Notes under the pieces: generated by a model
What the model was told of the DNA's origin: nothing
Database searches by the model: none
What the model saw: the letters and a program-made list of their open reading frames with translations, nothing else
IMG/VR virus record: IMGVR_UViG_3300046543_000266
Span: 153,606 to 217,605 of that record
Strand: one strand, 5' to 3'
DNA length: 64,000 nucleotides
Shown here: positions 35,878-45,592 of the stretch, one piece after another
Layout: the number at the start of each line of letters is the position of its first letter
How positions within the stretch are numbered: the first letter of the stretch is position 1
Translations under genes and position numbers: made by a program

Positions 35878-38800
35878 GCGGCTTCTTTCTCCTTCTTGGG
35901 TAGCGGGCTGATGTCCTTAACCGCGCTACGGATTTGTGTATCGAGGTCCTTGACGCCGAGTAATGGATACTGGTCTTGCAACCAAGTACGCATCGACTTG
36001 CTGCGCCACGGCTTGAAGATAGTTTGCAGCACGTCTTCCTGAGTACCTTCCAGCACCCCTAGCTCATCAGCATCGGCAACCGCTTGCTTGATGGCTTGGA
36101 TGCAGTTTGGCATGGACCAATCCCACTTGTAGGACTGGTCGTCGCGCGCTGCAAACTCAAGCTCGATTTCAGGCTCGACCGTGAACGTCACGTTGAACTC
36201 ATCCTTGTAGGCTTTGGTGATGCCGTAGGTAGCTTGGTACTGCATGATGTGGATCATCGGCACCACCATCTCGTACGGAACCATCAGATAGTTCGCATCG
36301 TGAACCATACGGCTGAAGAAGGCTCGTAGATCCCAGTCGCTCTTTTCAACACCGAGCTTCTGCTTGAAGAACCGCAGATGCTTGTAGTAAGCCTCCAGCG
36401 TAATGCGCGATGCCTTCACGCCGATCTCCGAAGCAAAGCCCTGCACAGGAGCGTTGGAACCACGGCGTACTTGACGGCTAACGATCTTGCGGTCCTGCGT
36501 CATGGCAGCGTACAAGTGACGGACACGACCGATGGGGCTGTACACGTAATACTCGTTTTCAGCCATCGACTGCATCTTCTCAGTCCAACGCGCACCGGCC
36601 TTAAATTCGGTGAACATCTTGTCGACGATGCCTTGAGCATATTCGGTACGGTCTTCAGCAATAAGAGCGCCCAACTGCACATCGAGTGCTTCCAGTTGCT
36701 TGTTGATCTCGATGAGGCGCTTGTTGTCCTTCGTGACCAACGATTCTTCATAGAGCGCACTGATCTTGCCCTTGAGGTTGCCCATGTCGCCTTCCTTGGT
36801 ATCGATACCCAAGGTTTCCGCACCCTTGCCGTACAGCACCCCGAACACGACCTTCTTAACGGCGTCCCGCAGCGGATGGTCCTTGTCCACCAGCTTGCCG
36901 AAGAAGCGCAGCACGTTCAGAATGTGAATGTCACCCTTCTCCTTGATGGCCTTCTTGTTGGCATCGGAAGGATCCTGAATGAACGCCTGACGCAGTGCTT
37001 GACCAGCCTGGAACGCCTCGGCCAGCACCTTGTCACCACTGGCAATCGACCAGATGCGGACTTCGTGAGCGCTATAGTCATACCGGATCATGAGGTAGCC
37101 CTTGGAGGCTACGAACATGCGCTTGATGAGCTTCGACAGCTTACCGCGCGCCGGAATCTGCTGGAGGCTTGGCCCACGTGAAGCCAGACGACCAGTGTCG
37201 ATCACATAATAGTCAGGGCTCAAGTGATCGTTGGTTGCCGCGTCAATGCTGGTATTCAGCTTCTTGTACCAACCCTTGACGTAGGTTCCCATCAGCTTGG
37301 TGAGGCCTTGCAGCTCGCCGTACAGGCTGACGATCTTGTTCTTGTCCTTGTAGTGGGCGATGAACTTCTTATCGATCTGCGGCGCACCCGTCTTAGTCTG
37401 CGTCAACGCATCCAGCCCGAGGATGTTGATGAACAGCTTCTGCTTGTGCTCGGACTTGCTGAACTTGAACATCCACGTGGCAGCCTTCGAGCCAAACAAG
37501 CTTCCGGCCTTGAAGCCCGACTCGCGGACCAGTTCGGCATTGGCTTGCTTCACTTCCTTGTGGACGCGCAGCTCGCCGGACGAACGCTTCAGCTCCTTCC
37601 GCAAGGGGCTGTCTGCTCCCAGCATATGCTTCAGATATTTGCGTTCCACCTTCGAACCATCCTGCCGCAGATGGGACAGCTGATGCGCTGTGTCCGACAT
37701 CTGGTTGAGCATGTGCCGCTCGAAGTAACGCTTGAAGTTCTTGCCAGCGATCTCCTGTGCAGCCGATCGCGCCAACTGCTGATGGTAGATGCCGACGATA
37801 GACACAACGTCAGTAGCCGCATACTCCAGGAAGCCCTTGTCCGTGGGAGGCGTGGTGCCAGTGGTTTCCCGTTCCTTCTTACTGAAGATCGCCTTGTAGT
37901 AGTGATCGTTGCCGTACTCGGAGTACGTTGGAGCCAAGCCACCGAACGTTGAACTCTTGCCGGTGTGCGGGTCGATCATGAAGGTGATGCCGTTCAGTGC
38001 GTTCTTGTTCTCATCCAGATCGTGCTCGCCGAACATGATCTCCCACACCTTGAGCCAGATGATTGGGATGCGCAAGCACTGACGGATCAGGCGCAGGTCG
38101 AACATGCCGTTGAACGTGATGAGCAACGGGCCAGTCGTAGCACTGAAGCGCCTACGGAGCTGTTGCTTGATGTACTTGCGCTCTTCTGCCGTCCAGTGGC
38201 ACAACGGATGATCGACGGACAACACATAGCCGATGTTCTCGTTGTGGTTGGTACAGAACTGGATGGTGTAGATCTTGTTATGCAACACGGACAGGTTACG
38301 TGTTTCCGTGTCGACGCCGACGTGGGTAGCTGTATCGAACCGGCGCATCAGCGCGTCGAACTTCTCGATCGTATCGATATAGCGCGGCTGTGCCTTGAGC
38401 TGAGACAGGTCGTGCGGATTGCGTCCGAGTTGCAGGTAAGCGAAGTGGCGACACCAGAAGCCCAGCAGATTGGCCTGTGCCCCATCCTTTTCGAGCAAGC
38501 GCATGAAGTCGATGGTGGACGTGACCTTGACCGGCATGTCGCCGACCTTCAGCTGATGAACCCATCCCCGCTTGTACTGCGGATACTTGATCTCGGGAAA
38601 GCAGCCGTGCATGATCTCGTCGCCACTGAACAAGATGTGCGTGGGCTTCAGCTTCTTGATGAGCTTGATGATACGGTCAGCGAAAACGCCTTCTGCCTCC
38701 CGACGCTGTAGCGGCGGAAGGTGCAGATGCTTGAACGCGTTTCCGTTGACGACGGCATAGGCCGCCTCGGGCAGCGACCCACCCTTCAGATACGGGCGTG

Positions 38801-39026
38801 CCACCTGACGACTGTACTTGATGGCGTTGCGCACCGACGAGTTGACGGTACGGTCCGACATCAGTTCACCATTGGCTAAGTCCCGACCGTCAACAGTTTG
38901 CATGACGATCAGGATACGACGCTTGGTGTTGCTCCACGTGCTGCACTTCTTCAGCACGAGGTTGTACGGCGACCTCTTCTCGAAGGCGTCCGTACCGAGG
39001 TCGAAGGAAAAGTCTTGGTCTAACAT
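35874..39026 (-). CDS. polA: Family A DNA polymerase with 3'-5' exonuclease and N-terminal UDG-like domain
   Basis: Exo I DTETRN, Exo II FNGMFDL, Exo III YAATDV, motif A DYSAHEVRI, motif B RDAVKKVVFGVLYG, motif C VHDA. Confidence 0.93.
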   Translation of the reverse strand: MLDQDFSFDLGTDAFEKRSPYNLVLKKCSTWSNTKRRILIVMQTVDGRDLANGELMSDRTVNSSVRNAIKYSRQVARPYLKGGSLPEAAYAVVNGNAFKHLHLPPLQRREAEGVFADRIIKLIKKLKPTHILFSGDEIMHGCFPEIKYPQYKRGWVHQLKVGDMPVKVTSTIDFMRLLEKDGAQANLLGFWCRHFAYLQLGRNPHDLSQLKAQPRYIDTIEKFDALMRRFDTATHVGVDTETRNLSVLHNKIYTIQFCTNHNENIGYVLSVDHPLCHWTAEERKYIKQQLRRRFSATTGPLLITFNGMFDLRLIRQCLRIPIIWLKVWEIMFGEHDLDENKNALNGITFMIDPHTGKSSTFGGLAPTYSEYGNDHYYKAIFSKKERETTGTTPPTDKGFLEYAATDVVSIVGIYHQQLARSAAQEIAGKNFKRYFERHMLNQMSDTAHQLSHLRQDGSKVERKYLKHMLGADSPLRKELKRSSGELRVHKEVKQANAELVRESGFKAGSLFGSKAATWMFKFSKSEHKQKLFINILGLDALTQTKTGAPQIDKKFIAHYKDKNKIVSLYGELQGLTKLMGTYVKGWYKKLNTSIDAATNDHLSPDYYVIDTGRLASRGPSLQQIPARGKLSKLIKRMFVASKGYLMIRYDYSAHEVRIWSIASGDKVLAEAFQAGQALRQAFIQDPSDANKKAIKEKGDIHILNVLRFFGKLVDKDHPLRDAVKKVVFGVLYGKGAETLGIDTKEGDMGNLKGKISALYEESLVTKDNKRLIEINKQLEALDVQLGALIAEDRTEYAQGIVDKMFTEFKAGARWTEKMQSMAENEYYVYSPIGRVRHLYAAMTQDRKIVSRQVRRGSNAPVQGFASEIGVKASRITLEAYYKHLRFFKQKLGVEKSDWDLRAFFSRMVHDANYLMVPYEMVVPMIHIMQYQATYGITKAYKDEFNVTFTVEPEIELEFAARDDQSYKWDWSMPNCIQAIKQAVADADELGVLEGTQEDVLQTIFKPWRSKSMRTWLQDQYPLLGVKDLDTQIRSAVKDISPLPKKEKEAA

Positions 39027-39053
39027 GGGAACCTTATAGGTTGGTAACTACCT

Positions 39054-39061
39054 TATTTACT
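39054..39061 (-). promoter_or_regulatory. AGTAAATA motif
   Basis: Overlaps the TAA of the HD gene, upstream of the polymerase. Confidence 0.6.
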
Positions 39062-39755
39062 GGTGGAACCGACCTTCTTCGAGCTCACGGCGGAAATCTT
39101 CGAGCGCTCGTTCGAGATGGAACTCCTGCATCTGACGGCCGAACTTGGTGAACATCGTCGCTTCGCGCAGGAAGGTGGCATTCTTTTCCAGTGCCGACCA
39201 ACGCGCACCGGCATCGAGTGCCAGCATGTTGATTCCGAGTTCCGTGTACAGGCCGACCAGAAGTGCGCGACCTTCGAAAGTGTAGATGGACATCAGGTCC
39301 GCGTCACGGATACTCTTCTGAACCAGATTGGCCGGGCTGAACGGGAACGCGCCGTCCTTGAACATGGTGACGCGGATGATATCCGACACGCTGTTGGCGC
39401 GACGCTTGTCCCATCCAAGCAGGGCGTTCCGCGAGAAGATCGGGCCACGCACAAATTCGATGGCGCGCTGGACGTTGACGTTGTCCGGGTTCTTGCCGCC
39501 ACTGTGGCCGTGGTCATGGAACAGCGCGGCCATCAGCAGGTCTTCCACTTCCGAGTAGTGACGAAGGGTCGTCTCGTCGGCCTCCGGCTCGTTCACGTAG
39601 GCTGTGAACGCGTAGTAGGCGACGGCCAGTTCGTGTTCCAAGTTGTGATACGGGTTCTGCATGTGCGAACCGCAGGCAGCCAGCTGAAGCAGGTTCGGGG
39701 CGGTGACATAACGTTCGAAGATTTCACGGCCGAGTTGGGAAGGGCTGATGTTCAT
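39057..39755 (-). CDS. HD-domain phosphohydrolase
   Basis: PYHNLEH...AALFHDHGH...RDADL. Confidence 0.85.
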   Translation of the reverse strand: MNISPSQLGREIFERYVTAPNLLQLAACGSHMQNPYHNLEHELAVAYYAFTAYVNEPEADETTLRHYSEVEDLLMAALFHDHGHSGGKNPDNVNVQRAIEFVRGPIFSRNALLGWDKRRANSVSDIIRVTMFKDGAFPFSPANLVQKSIRDADLMSIYTFEGRALLVGLYTELGINMLALDAGARWSALEKNATFLREATMFTKFGRQMQEFHLERALEDFRRELEEGRFHQ

Positions 39756-39779
39756 GGAAACTCCTTTTGATTTATAAAG

Positions 39780-40397
39780 TTAGTCGGTGTAGTAACCGGT
39801 CCAGCCTTTGTGGTGAGCAACCGCGCCGCGAAAGACTTTTGATAGTTCACTCTGGTTAAGACCGTGCTTCGCTGCGAACTCTTTCACATTCCGCCCGACG
39901 TATTTCTTTCCGCGTGGACTTAATACCGCGAAGGGTTTAGAGCGAGCTTCGGATACTATCTGATATCCGACGTGAGTGCTTTTTGTCCGACCTCGTAACT
40001 TTTCTGCGCTGCGCGCGACGCTTGGGTCGTTCTCTTTTGTCCGACCTCGCAACTTTTCTGCTGCGACGTAACTTCCACCGTTGACAGTCTTCTCCCACGT
40101 ATTCTGTTCAACCGTGATGAATCTACAGTTACCGACTTCGTAGTCACCGGCATCACCTTTCCGCGCCATTGCATAATGATGTGGTGCTTTGCCAATATCG
40201 TCCGGCCGGGTGAGCTTGGCGCGCTTCGCCAACTTCATATACTGGACAAAGGTTAGGTGACACTCAGCATCTCGTAGCTTGGCATTGCTACGAAGATTAG
40301 TATACTTCCGACGCCACTGCCGCCAGTCGTTGCCGTCGAATCCCGCGGCCCACACAGTAGCTTCTATCAGAAGACGTTCCGCGTTTGATATGCCCAT
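39780..40397 (-). CDS. Free-standing HNH-like homing endonuclease with NUMOD-like repeats
   Basis: MARKGDAGDYEVGNCRFITVEQN, AEKLRGRTK twice, C-terminal HHKGW. Confidence 0.65.
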   Translation of the reverse strand: MGISNAERLLIEATVWAAGFDGNDWRQWRRKYTNLRSNAKLRDAECHLTFVQYMKLAKRAKLTRPDDIGKAPHHYAMARKGDAGDYEVGNCRFITVEQNTWEKTVNGGSYVAAEKLRGRTKENDPSVARSAEKLRGRTKSTHVGYQIVSEARSKPFAVLSPRGKKYVGRNVKEFAAKHGLNQSELSKVFRGAVAHHKGWTGYYTD

Positions 40398-40426
40398 GAT
40401 AAAGCCCACTTAACTAATGTGTGACC

Positions 40427-40434
40427 TATTTACT
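40427..40434 (-). promoter_or_regulatory. AGTAAATA motif
   Basis: Intergenic. Confidence 0.6.
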
Positions 40435-40435
40435 C

Positions 40436-42313
40436 TCAGAGGAAGACTTTGACGCTTTTGGCAGCTCTAGTGATTGCCGTGTACAGATGCTCTTGGATCT
40501 GGTCCTGAAAGACGTCGGACTGATCGACGACGAGGACGTGGTCCCACTGCGAACCTTGAGCTTTGTGAACTGTACAGGCATAGGCAAATCCCCACTGATC
40601 TGTTCCGGCGATGTCGCGCCAGTTCGGTTCCGGCAGGTTCGTGTCGAAGTGATGGGTAGAACATACCGTGTTGACGATCAGCGGCCGTCCATCAGCGTCG
40701 AACATATCATAGGACCGCACCTTGAAGTGAAGCCCTTCGATGTTGGTGTCCTCGAATCCAGACTTCGGATTGCGGAAGTCCTTCAACTTACGTATCACCT
40801 TGATCTGCGGCTGCGTACACTGCCAGATCGTACCATTCATCAAGCCGTTCTGCTTGTTGTTCTTCAGACACATCAAGCGGTCACCCTTGACCGGGAACTG
40901 CGAGTCGATGTCGAATCGACCGTTGACGATACGTACCCGACGATTGATAGCATCCCTAGTGTTGCGCATACCGACGAGGACTTGGTCAGCCTTCATCAAT
41001 GCCTTGTCAGTCATCAATGATCCCGGTGCGTACACACGGGACTCACCGTAGCGTCCAGGCTTGAGTCGCTTCCCCTCTCGGACAAGGGTGGCTAGATACG
41101 TGATTGGATCGTCCTTGGCAGTACGCTCCACGCTTGTCAGCATGATGTCTTCCCGCGACTGGGTGAAGTAACCCTCACCCTTGATTGGCTTCAACTGTCC
41201 AGGGTCACCCAGAACCAGAATGGCTACACCGTAGCTCATCAGGTCCATAGCCATCTCTTCGTTGACCATGGATACTTCGTCGACGATGAGCAGTGCGCAG
41301 TCACGCAACGGGCTTTCGCCGTTGCGGGTGAATCCGGTTACCTGACCAGTATCCCGATCGATCTGGGGCTTGTAGATAAGACTGTGGATGGTGGTGGCGC
41401 TCGTACAACCCTTCGAACGCAGGACTGCAGCGGCCTTACCACTGTAAGCAGCGAACAACACGAGTCCGCGAGGGACGCCTTCACCATTCTCAACAACCCA
41501 CGCGATCTCCTTCGCCATGCTCGTTTTGCCTGTACCAGCAAATCCGAACATCCGGAAGATGGGCTTCTTGCGTGGATCGTTTAACCATCGCCAGACACTC
41601 TTGAATGCTTTGTTCTGATCGTCGTTCCACGGGATGGTCGGACGGGCCACCGGGTCATACTTGCGCTCTGGTGCTTCACCACCGAACTCAATGTCCTGCC
41701 GACGCCGATCCTGTTCTTTCACAATGTCGGATGCAGCGATCACGCCGGACACATCTTCAGAGTTGGTTTCCCTACGGACTGGTCCGGGGTCAGCGTGACG
41801 CAGCATCGCTTCCAGATCCAGTTCCCAAGTCTTTGGGTTCAACGGATCTTCAGCACCGCCGTGTCCGTTGTCACACACCCATCCACTAGTGGTGTTGAAC
41901 ATCGACTGTCCACATACGGTGCACTTCACTTCTGAGACTCCGTCAGCCGTAGGCACACCGCGAGACAGCACCATCAAAGGCGGTGCCTCGAATCGGGCGG
42001 CACGAACGAAGAACGAGGTGGGGGAATTGGTGTAGAAGGCGGTGACCATGTCGTACAAGAGCGAGTAGCAATTGTCGTCAGTGGAGCCAATGGCAAAGCT
42101 GAACTTCTCGGGGGATTGGAGTAGGGTCCGGAGCTTCGAATCAGTAGGATTCTTTTCCAGGTGGAGGCAGCACGAAGCGAAGGTGAGGGCCGGTTGTTCC
42201 CGACCACTCACCTGTTCGTACAGTCTCATGAACTCGATAGGTTCGAGGCGGAGGCGTAGACAAGCCTCCTTGATAAGCGCGATAACGCCGTTCTTGATTT
42301 TGTTTGCATTCAT
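40436..42313 (-). CDS. Dda/RecD-like SF1B helicase with N-terminal extension
   Basis: GFAGTGKT, AAYSGKAA, TIHSLIY, VDEVSMV, LGDPGQLKP, YACTVHKAQGSQW, LYTAITRA. Confidence 0.92.
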   Translation of the reverse strand: MNANKIKNGVIALIKEACLRLRLEPIEFMRLYEQVSGREQPALTFASCCLHLEKNPTDSKLRTLLQSPEKFSFAIGSTDDNCYSLLYDMVTAFYTNSPTSFFVRAARFEAPPLMVLSRGVPTADGVSEVKCTVCGQSMFNTTSGWVCDNGHGGAEDPLNPKTWELDLEAMLRHADPGPVRRETNSEDVSGVIAASDIVKEQDRRRQDIEFGGEAPERKYDPVARPTIPWNDDQNKAFKSVWRWLNDPRKKPIFRMFGFAGTGKTSMAKEIAWVVENGEGVPRGLVLFAAYSGKAAAVLRSKGCTSATTIHSLIYKPQIDRDTGQVTGFTRNGESPLRDCALLIVDEVSMVNEEMAMDLMSYGVAILVLGDPGQLKPIKGEGYFTQSREDIMLTSVERTAKDDPITYLATLVREGKRLKPGRYGESRVYAPGSLMTDKALMKADQVLVGMRNTRDAINRRVRIVNGRFDIDSQFPVKGDRLMCLKNNKQNGLMNGTIWQCTQPQIKVIRKLKDFRNPKSGFEDTNIEGLHFKVRSYDMFDADGRPLIVNTVCSTHHFDTNLPEPNWRDIAGTDQWGFAYACTVHKAQGSQWDHVLVVDQSDVFQDQIQEHLYTAITRAAKSVKVFL

Positions 42314-42350
42314 GGGAAGGGTTGCGCAGGATATCCCTTACGCAGTTGGA

Positions 42351-42932
42351 TTAATGAACGGTCCCCGAAGCTGGTAGGAACAACGACGAGTGGTTGTCCA
42401 TGTCGCGTGCGATTTCTTCGTCTTCCGCGTCGGACTCACCTGATACTTCAGAACCTTGCATACTGTCGGATGACACTTCCTCGTCGTCTAGATCTTCGTC
42501 TTCAGACCCATCGAAGTTGGTGTCCAGACGCAGCATATGCTTGCGCAGCGTCTTCAACTCGTAGTAATGCACGAGCTCCGTGTACTCTTCGAGTTCGTCT
42601 TCGCTGATGCCTTCCATAACATCTGGAGGCGGCTGGATGTACTCGATACGTTGGAAGATCAAGCAACGCTGCCACATGTCGCTGACCACACAGGAATTAA
42701 CAAAGTCTGATAACCGATCCGTGTAAACCTCGATGAAGAATTTGTTGTCAGCCACCGGATCGTTTCCTGCTTGGCGCCGAACCTGCGCACGATTCTCCTC
42801 GGTGAATGCGGAAGCCTTCCGGGCGAAGTTGCCGTACTGAACACGGTTCTGAAACTCGGTATCCTTCGTCGCCGGATCATCAATGTTGATTAGAACAATG
42901 ATCCGGCTTATCTCGTTCACGGTCGCCGTCAT
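42351..42932 (-). CDS. Hypothetical protein with acidic tail
   Basis: 193-aa ORF. Confidence 0.65.
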   Translation of the reverse strand: MTATVNEISRIIVLINIDDPATKDTEFQNRVQYGNFARKASAFTEENRAQVRRQAGNDPVADNKFFIEVYTDRLSDFVNSCVVSDMWQRCLIFQRIEYIQPPPDVMEGISEDELEEYTELVHYYELKTLRKHMLRLDTNFDGSEDEDLDDEEVSSDSMQGSEVSGESDAEDEEIARDMDNHSSLFLPASGTVH

Positions 42933-42953
42933 AAAGCCCCTGCAGAAGTTGTG

Positions 42954-43985
42954 TTAATGATGCCCACCGCCACCACCTTCGTGTCCTCCACCCAAGTGAC
43001 CGCTGTAGAACGCATGTTCCAACCCCTCGCCAATCGATTCCACGAAGTGGTGGACGATCGACTTGGGATTGTCACCGCGCGCCTTTGCCGCACGCATCTT
43101 CTTGATGCCGTACGAAATCACAGAGGCAGAAACGCCAGCCGTCAAGTGCGCGGCCAGACCACCTGGAATGGCTGCAATCGAAAGCATCAATGCCTGTTTA
43201 CCCAGACTCTTGACGGCCTTCTTTTGCTCATCATCCAGCGGCTTCTTCTGCGTGAGACCAACCAAACCCTGAGTTGCGGGCTTGATGTTCGGGAAGCTTC
43301 GATTCAACACTTCCGTCACGTGACCAGCACTCTTCTTCAGATTCTCGCCGAGTGCCTTACGATACGGGGAGCCCGCCTTTGCGTGCTCTTCCGGAACAGG
43401 TGCGTGCTGCGACTTGGCTGCGCCTTCGCCAACTGCTTCGACGAACGCTTCCACCGAATCCTTGTCCTTGTTGGCTGCCTGTCGTTCCTTGTACTTCTCG
43501 ATACCGTACTTCACTGCCGTGATACCGATGTCGGCCACGTAGTGAACGGCGTTACCGCCGATGAATTTGGAGGCAGCGTTATGCAGTGCCAGCTCGCCCA
43601 ACTCGTGCAGGACTTCCTTCTGATGGTGGTCCAGCTTCTTGCCTGTCGCCAAACTCTTCAGGGCGCCGACGGCATGGTTCATCTTCGGGAACGTCTTCTT
43701 CAGATGCTCAGCGATCTTCGGCGCATTCTTGGTAACTGCATCGGCTACCTTCGTGCGGCCTTCGCTGTCTTGCTTCAGGTGTTCGGGTGCTTCGTGACCT
43801 TTGTCCTGTCCTTCCTTGATAGCCTGTTCCGCGTACTTGGAAGCCGGGTGTTGTTCGATGTAGTCCTTCTTCTGATCGGCCGGCAGATTGGTCCACCACT
43901 CGGAAGGTTGTGCTGCGCTCGCGTCGTCCGCGTGGACTGGCGTGAAGTTGGCGGTCGCCATCAGGCGGTACAGTGCTTGCGTCAT
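42954..43985 (-). CDS. Hypothetical protein with internal duplication (possible virion internal protein)
   Basis: WWTNLPADQKKDYIEQHPASKY motif and two related helical modules. RBS GAGG. Confidence 0.6.
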   Translation of the reverse strand: MTQALYRLMATANFTPVHADDASAAQPSEWWTNLPADQKKDYIEQHPASKYAEQAIKEGQDKGHEAPEHLKQDSEGRTKVADAVTKNAPKIAEHLKKTFPKMNHAVGALKSLATGKKLDHHQKEVLHELGELALHNAASKFIGGNAVHYVADIGITAVKYGIEKYKERQAANKDKDSVEAFVEAVGEGAAKSQHAPVPEEHAKAGSPYRKALGENLKKSAGHVTEVLNRSFPNIKPATQGLVGLTQKKPLDDEQKKAVKSLGKQALMLSIAAIPGGLAAHLTAGVSASVISYGIKKMRAAKARGDNPKSIVHHFVESIGEGLEHAFYSGHLGGGHEGGGGGHH

Positions 43986-44000
43986 AATATCCTCGTTGTG

Positions 44001-44029
44001 AAAAGGGCCTCCGGTTAAGGAGGCAGCCC
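44001..44029 (-). terminator. Hairpin + U4 between motif and RBS
   Basis: GGGCTGCCTCC/GGAGGCCC followed by TTTTCAC. Confidence 0.45.
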
Positions 44030-44039
44030 GATGTTTGCA

Positions 44040-44046
44040 TTAAATT
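44040..44046 (-). promoter_or_regulatory. AATTTAA motif
   Basis: Intergenic. Confidence 0.45.
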
Positions 44047-44070
44047 TGCCGACATGGGCTGCCTATCGGG

Positions 44071-44268
44071 TTAGAACTTCCCGAGTAGTACCAGAACGAG
44101 TACCACAGTCAACGCCGTTGTGAAGATGTAGAACGCAGAGTAGCCCCAGGACTTTGAGTACTTCCAACCCGGAAAGCTGACCACACTGCACAGCAGCAAC
44201 AGCAGGATGACGATCATATTAACTGACATGTGAAACCTCCTGTGAGATACTGCACAGTTAAATTCCAC
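44071..44268 (-). CDS. DUF3309-like small membrane protein
   Basis: ILLLLL...FPGWKYSKSWGY...VLVLVLLGKF. Real start probably the ATG near 44229. Confidence 0.65.
   Translation of the reverse strand: MEFNCAVSHRRFHMSVNMIVILLLLLCSVVSFPGWKYSKSWGYSAFYIFTTALTVVLVLVLLGKF
44258..44264 (-). promoter_or_regulatory. AATTTAA motif
   Basis: Upstream of the DUF3309-like gene. Confidence 0.4.
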
Positions 44269-44470
44269 ACGACCAGCTTGGGTGTTACTGGATGTTACAA
44301 CAGACAGACTGCGGTGTGCATACGCTGGAAATACTCAGCGTACGACTGTACGTCACCACGATCAGCCTCACGCCCAGCCTCACGTGCGTCCCGGCGACGA
44401 TCGTTCTTGACTTCGATATACGCCAAGAAGACGAGAGTGGGGTCGACATAACTGGATCTAAGCACGTTCA

Positions 44471-44881
44471 TTACTGTTCTCTGAAGTCAACGTCGTCTAC
44501 ATCGGCGTAGGTCAGACGCTTCGGTGGCTGGGATTGGCGGGTTGGTGGCAGAGCCGGTTGAACAACGCGTTCTACAGTGGGCTTCGCTTGCAGCACTTCC
44601 AGCCCCTGTAGACTGAACGACGGGTCGCTATCCGACGATCGGGAGCTGCTGAAACTGCTAGACCGCTTGATTGGCGTTAGACACTTGAGCCACAGCGACG
44701 GCCGCTCCTTGGTGCAGAAGCAGTCGCCGGGCAACACTTCGTGAAGCAGACGGTCGTCGAAGAACTGCCCGTTGCGGAAAATCTCCACGTCCTTGTCGTA
44801 TCGTCCCTGCCGCGCATCAGGTAGGGCGGGTAATTGCTCCACCGCGCCAGTCGAAGGCTGCAGAACTATGGACGTTGACAT
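44471..44881 (-). CDS. Hypothetical protein
   Basis: Start probably MSTSIVLQ at 44881. Confidence 0.55.
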   Translation of the reverse strand: MSTSIVLQPSTGAVEQLPALPDARQGRYDKDVEIFRNGQFFDDRLLHEVLPGDCFCTKERPSLWLKCLTPIKRSSSFSSSRSSDSDPSFSLQGLEVLQAKPTVERVVQPALPPTRQSQPPKRLTYADVDDVDFREQ

Positions 44882-45188
44882 TGGATGCTCCCATTGGTTG
44901 GGCGTGCCCCGGTTCCCTGTAGCCATTGTGCGGGAACCGGCGACGCATGTCAGTGAAGAAGGCGTCGATGAAGAACAGCAGTGGACTCAGATGCATGTCC
45001 GGTACATCGGGGAAGTTTACAGACACCCACTGACGATCGAGCTCCGCGGCTCGCAACTCGTCGTACGTGAATGTCTTCGACTCACCACGGCGCGGATTGA
45101 TGAACAGCGACGACTTGCCGATATGCGATGCACCGCTGATCTTCTCCGCAGTGTACCAGAAGCTCGAATTCCAACTGCTGTACGCCAT
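44817..45188 (-). CDS. Hypothetical protein
   Basis: RBS GGAG before MAYSSWN. Confidence 0.55.
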   Translation of the reverse strand: MAYSSWNSSFWYTAEKISGASHIGKSSLFINPRRGESKTFTYDELRAAELDRQWVSVNFPDVPDMHLSPLLFFIDAFFTDMRRRFPHNGYREPGHAQPMGASNVNVHSSAAFDWRGGAITRPT

Positions 45189-45219
45189 GATTATCTCCAC
45201 TTGATTTAGTTTGTGTTTA

Positions 45220-45501
45220 TTACAGGACAACGTTGTCCGGGTCGGTGTGCTCGTCGGCCCGCTGCTTCAGCTCCGGCCAGCGATGCGACATGTAGGTGCG
45301 CAGCCAGTTCGCGGCTTTGCGGTAGCCCGGATTGTGCGGCTCGCGGGCTGCTCCGTATCCGTCGGTGACTCCGTTGAGATACGCGTTTCGGATTGCCGAA
45401 ACACCGATGATTCCCAGCGTCAGAATTACGACTACCCCGCACAGCAGTTGCACATTCATGGTCTCACCTATTGATGGTTGGATTGTTTGTTTTGATACCA
45501 C
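45220..45501 (-). CDS. Small membrane protein
   Basis: Hydrophobic LLCGVVVILTLGIIGV segment. Confidence 0.6.
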   Translation of the reverse strand: MVSKQTIQPSIGETMNVQLLCGVVVILTLGIIGVSAIRNAYLNGVTDGYGAAREPHNPGYRKAANWLRTYMSHRWPELKQRADEHTDPDNVVL

Positions 45502-45505
45502 TGTT

Positions 45506-45513
45506 TATTTACT
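45506..45513 (-). promoter_or_regulatory. AGTAAATA motif
   Basis: Intergenic. Confidence 0.6.
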
Positions 45514-45592
45514 GTGACGGAGCAGGTCCAGAAAAGTCAAAAGGCACGCGACCCTTTCGAGTGGCGTGCCATTGTTCAGCTAGTTACGTCAA

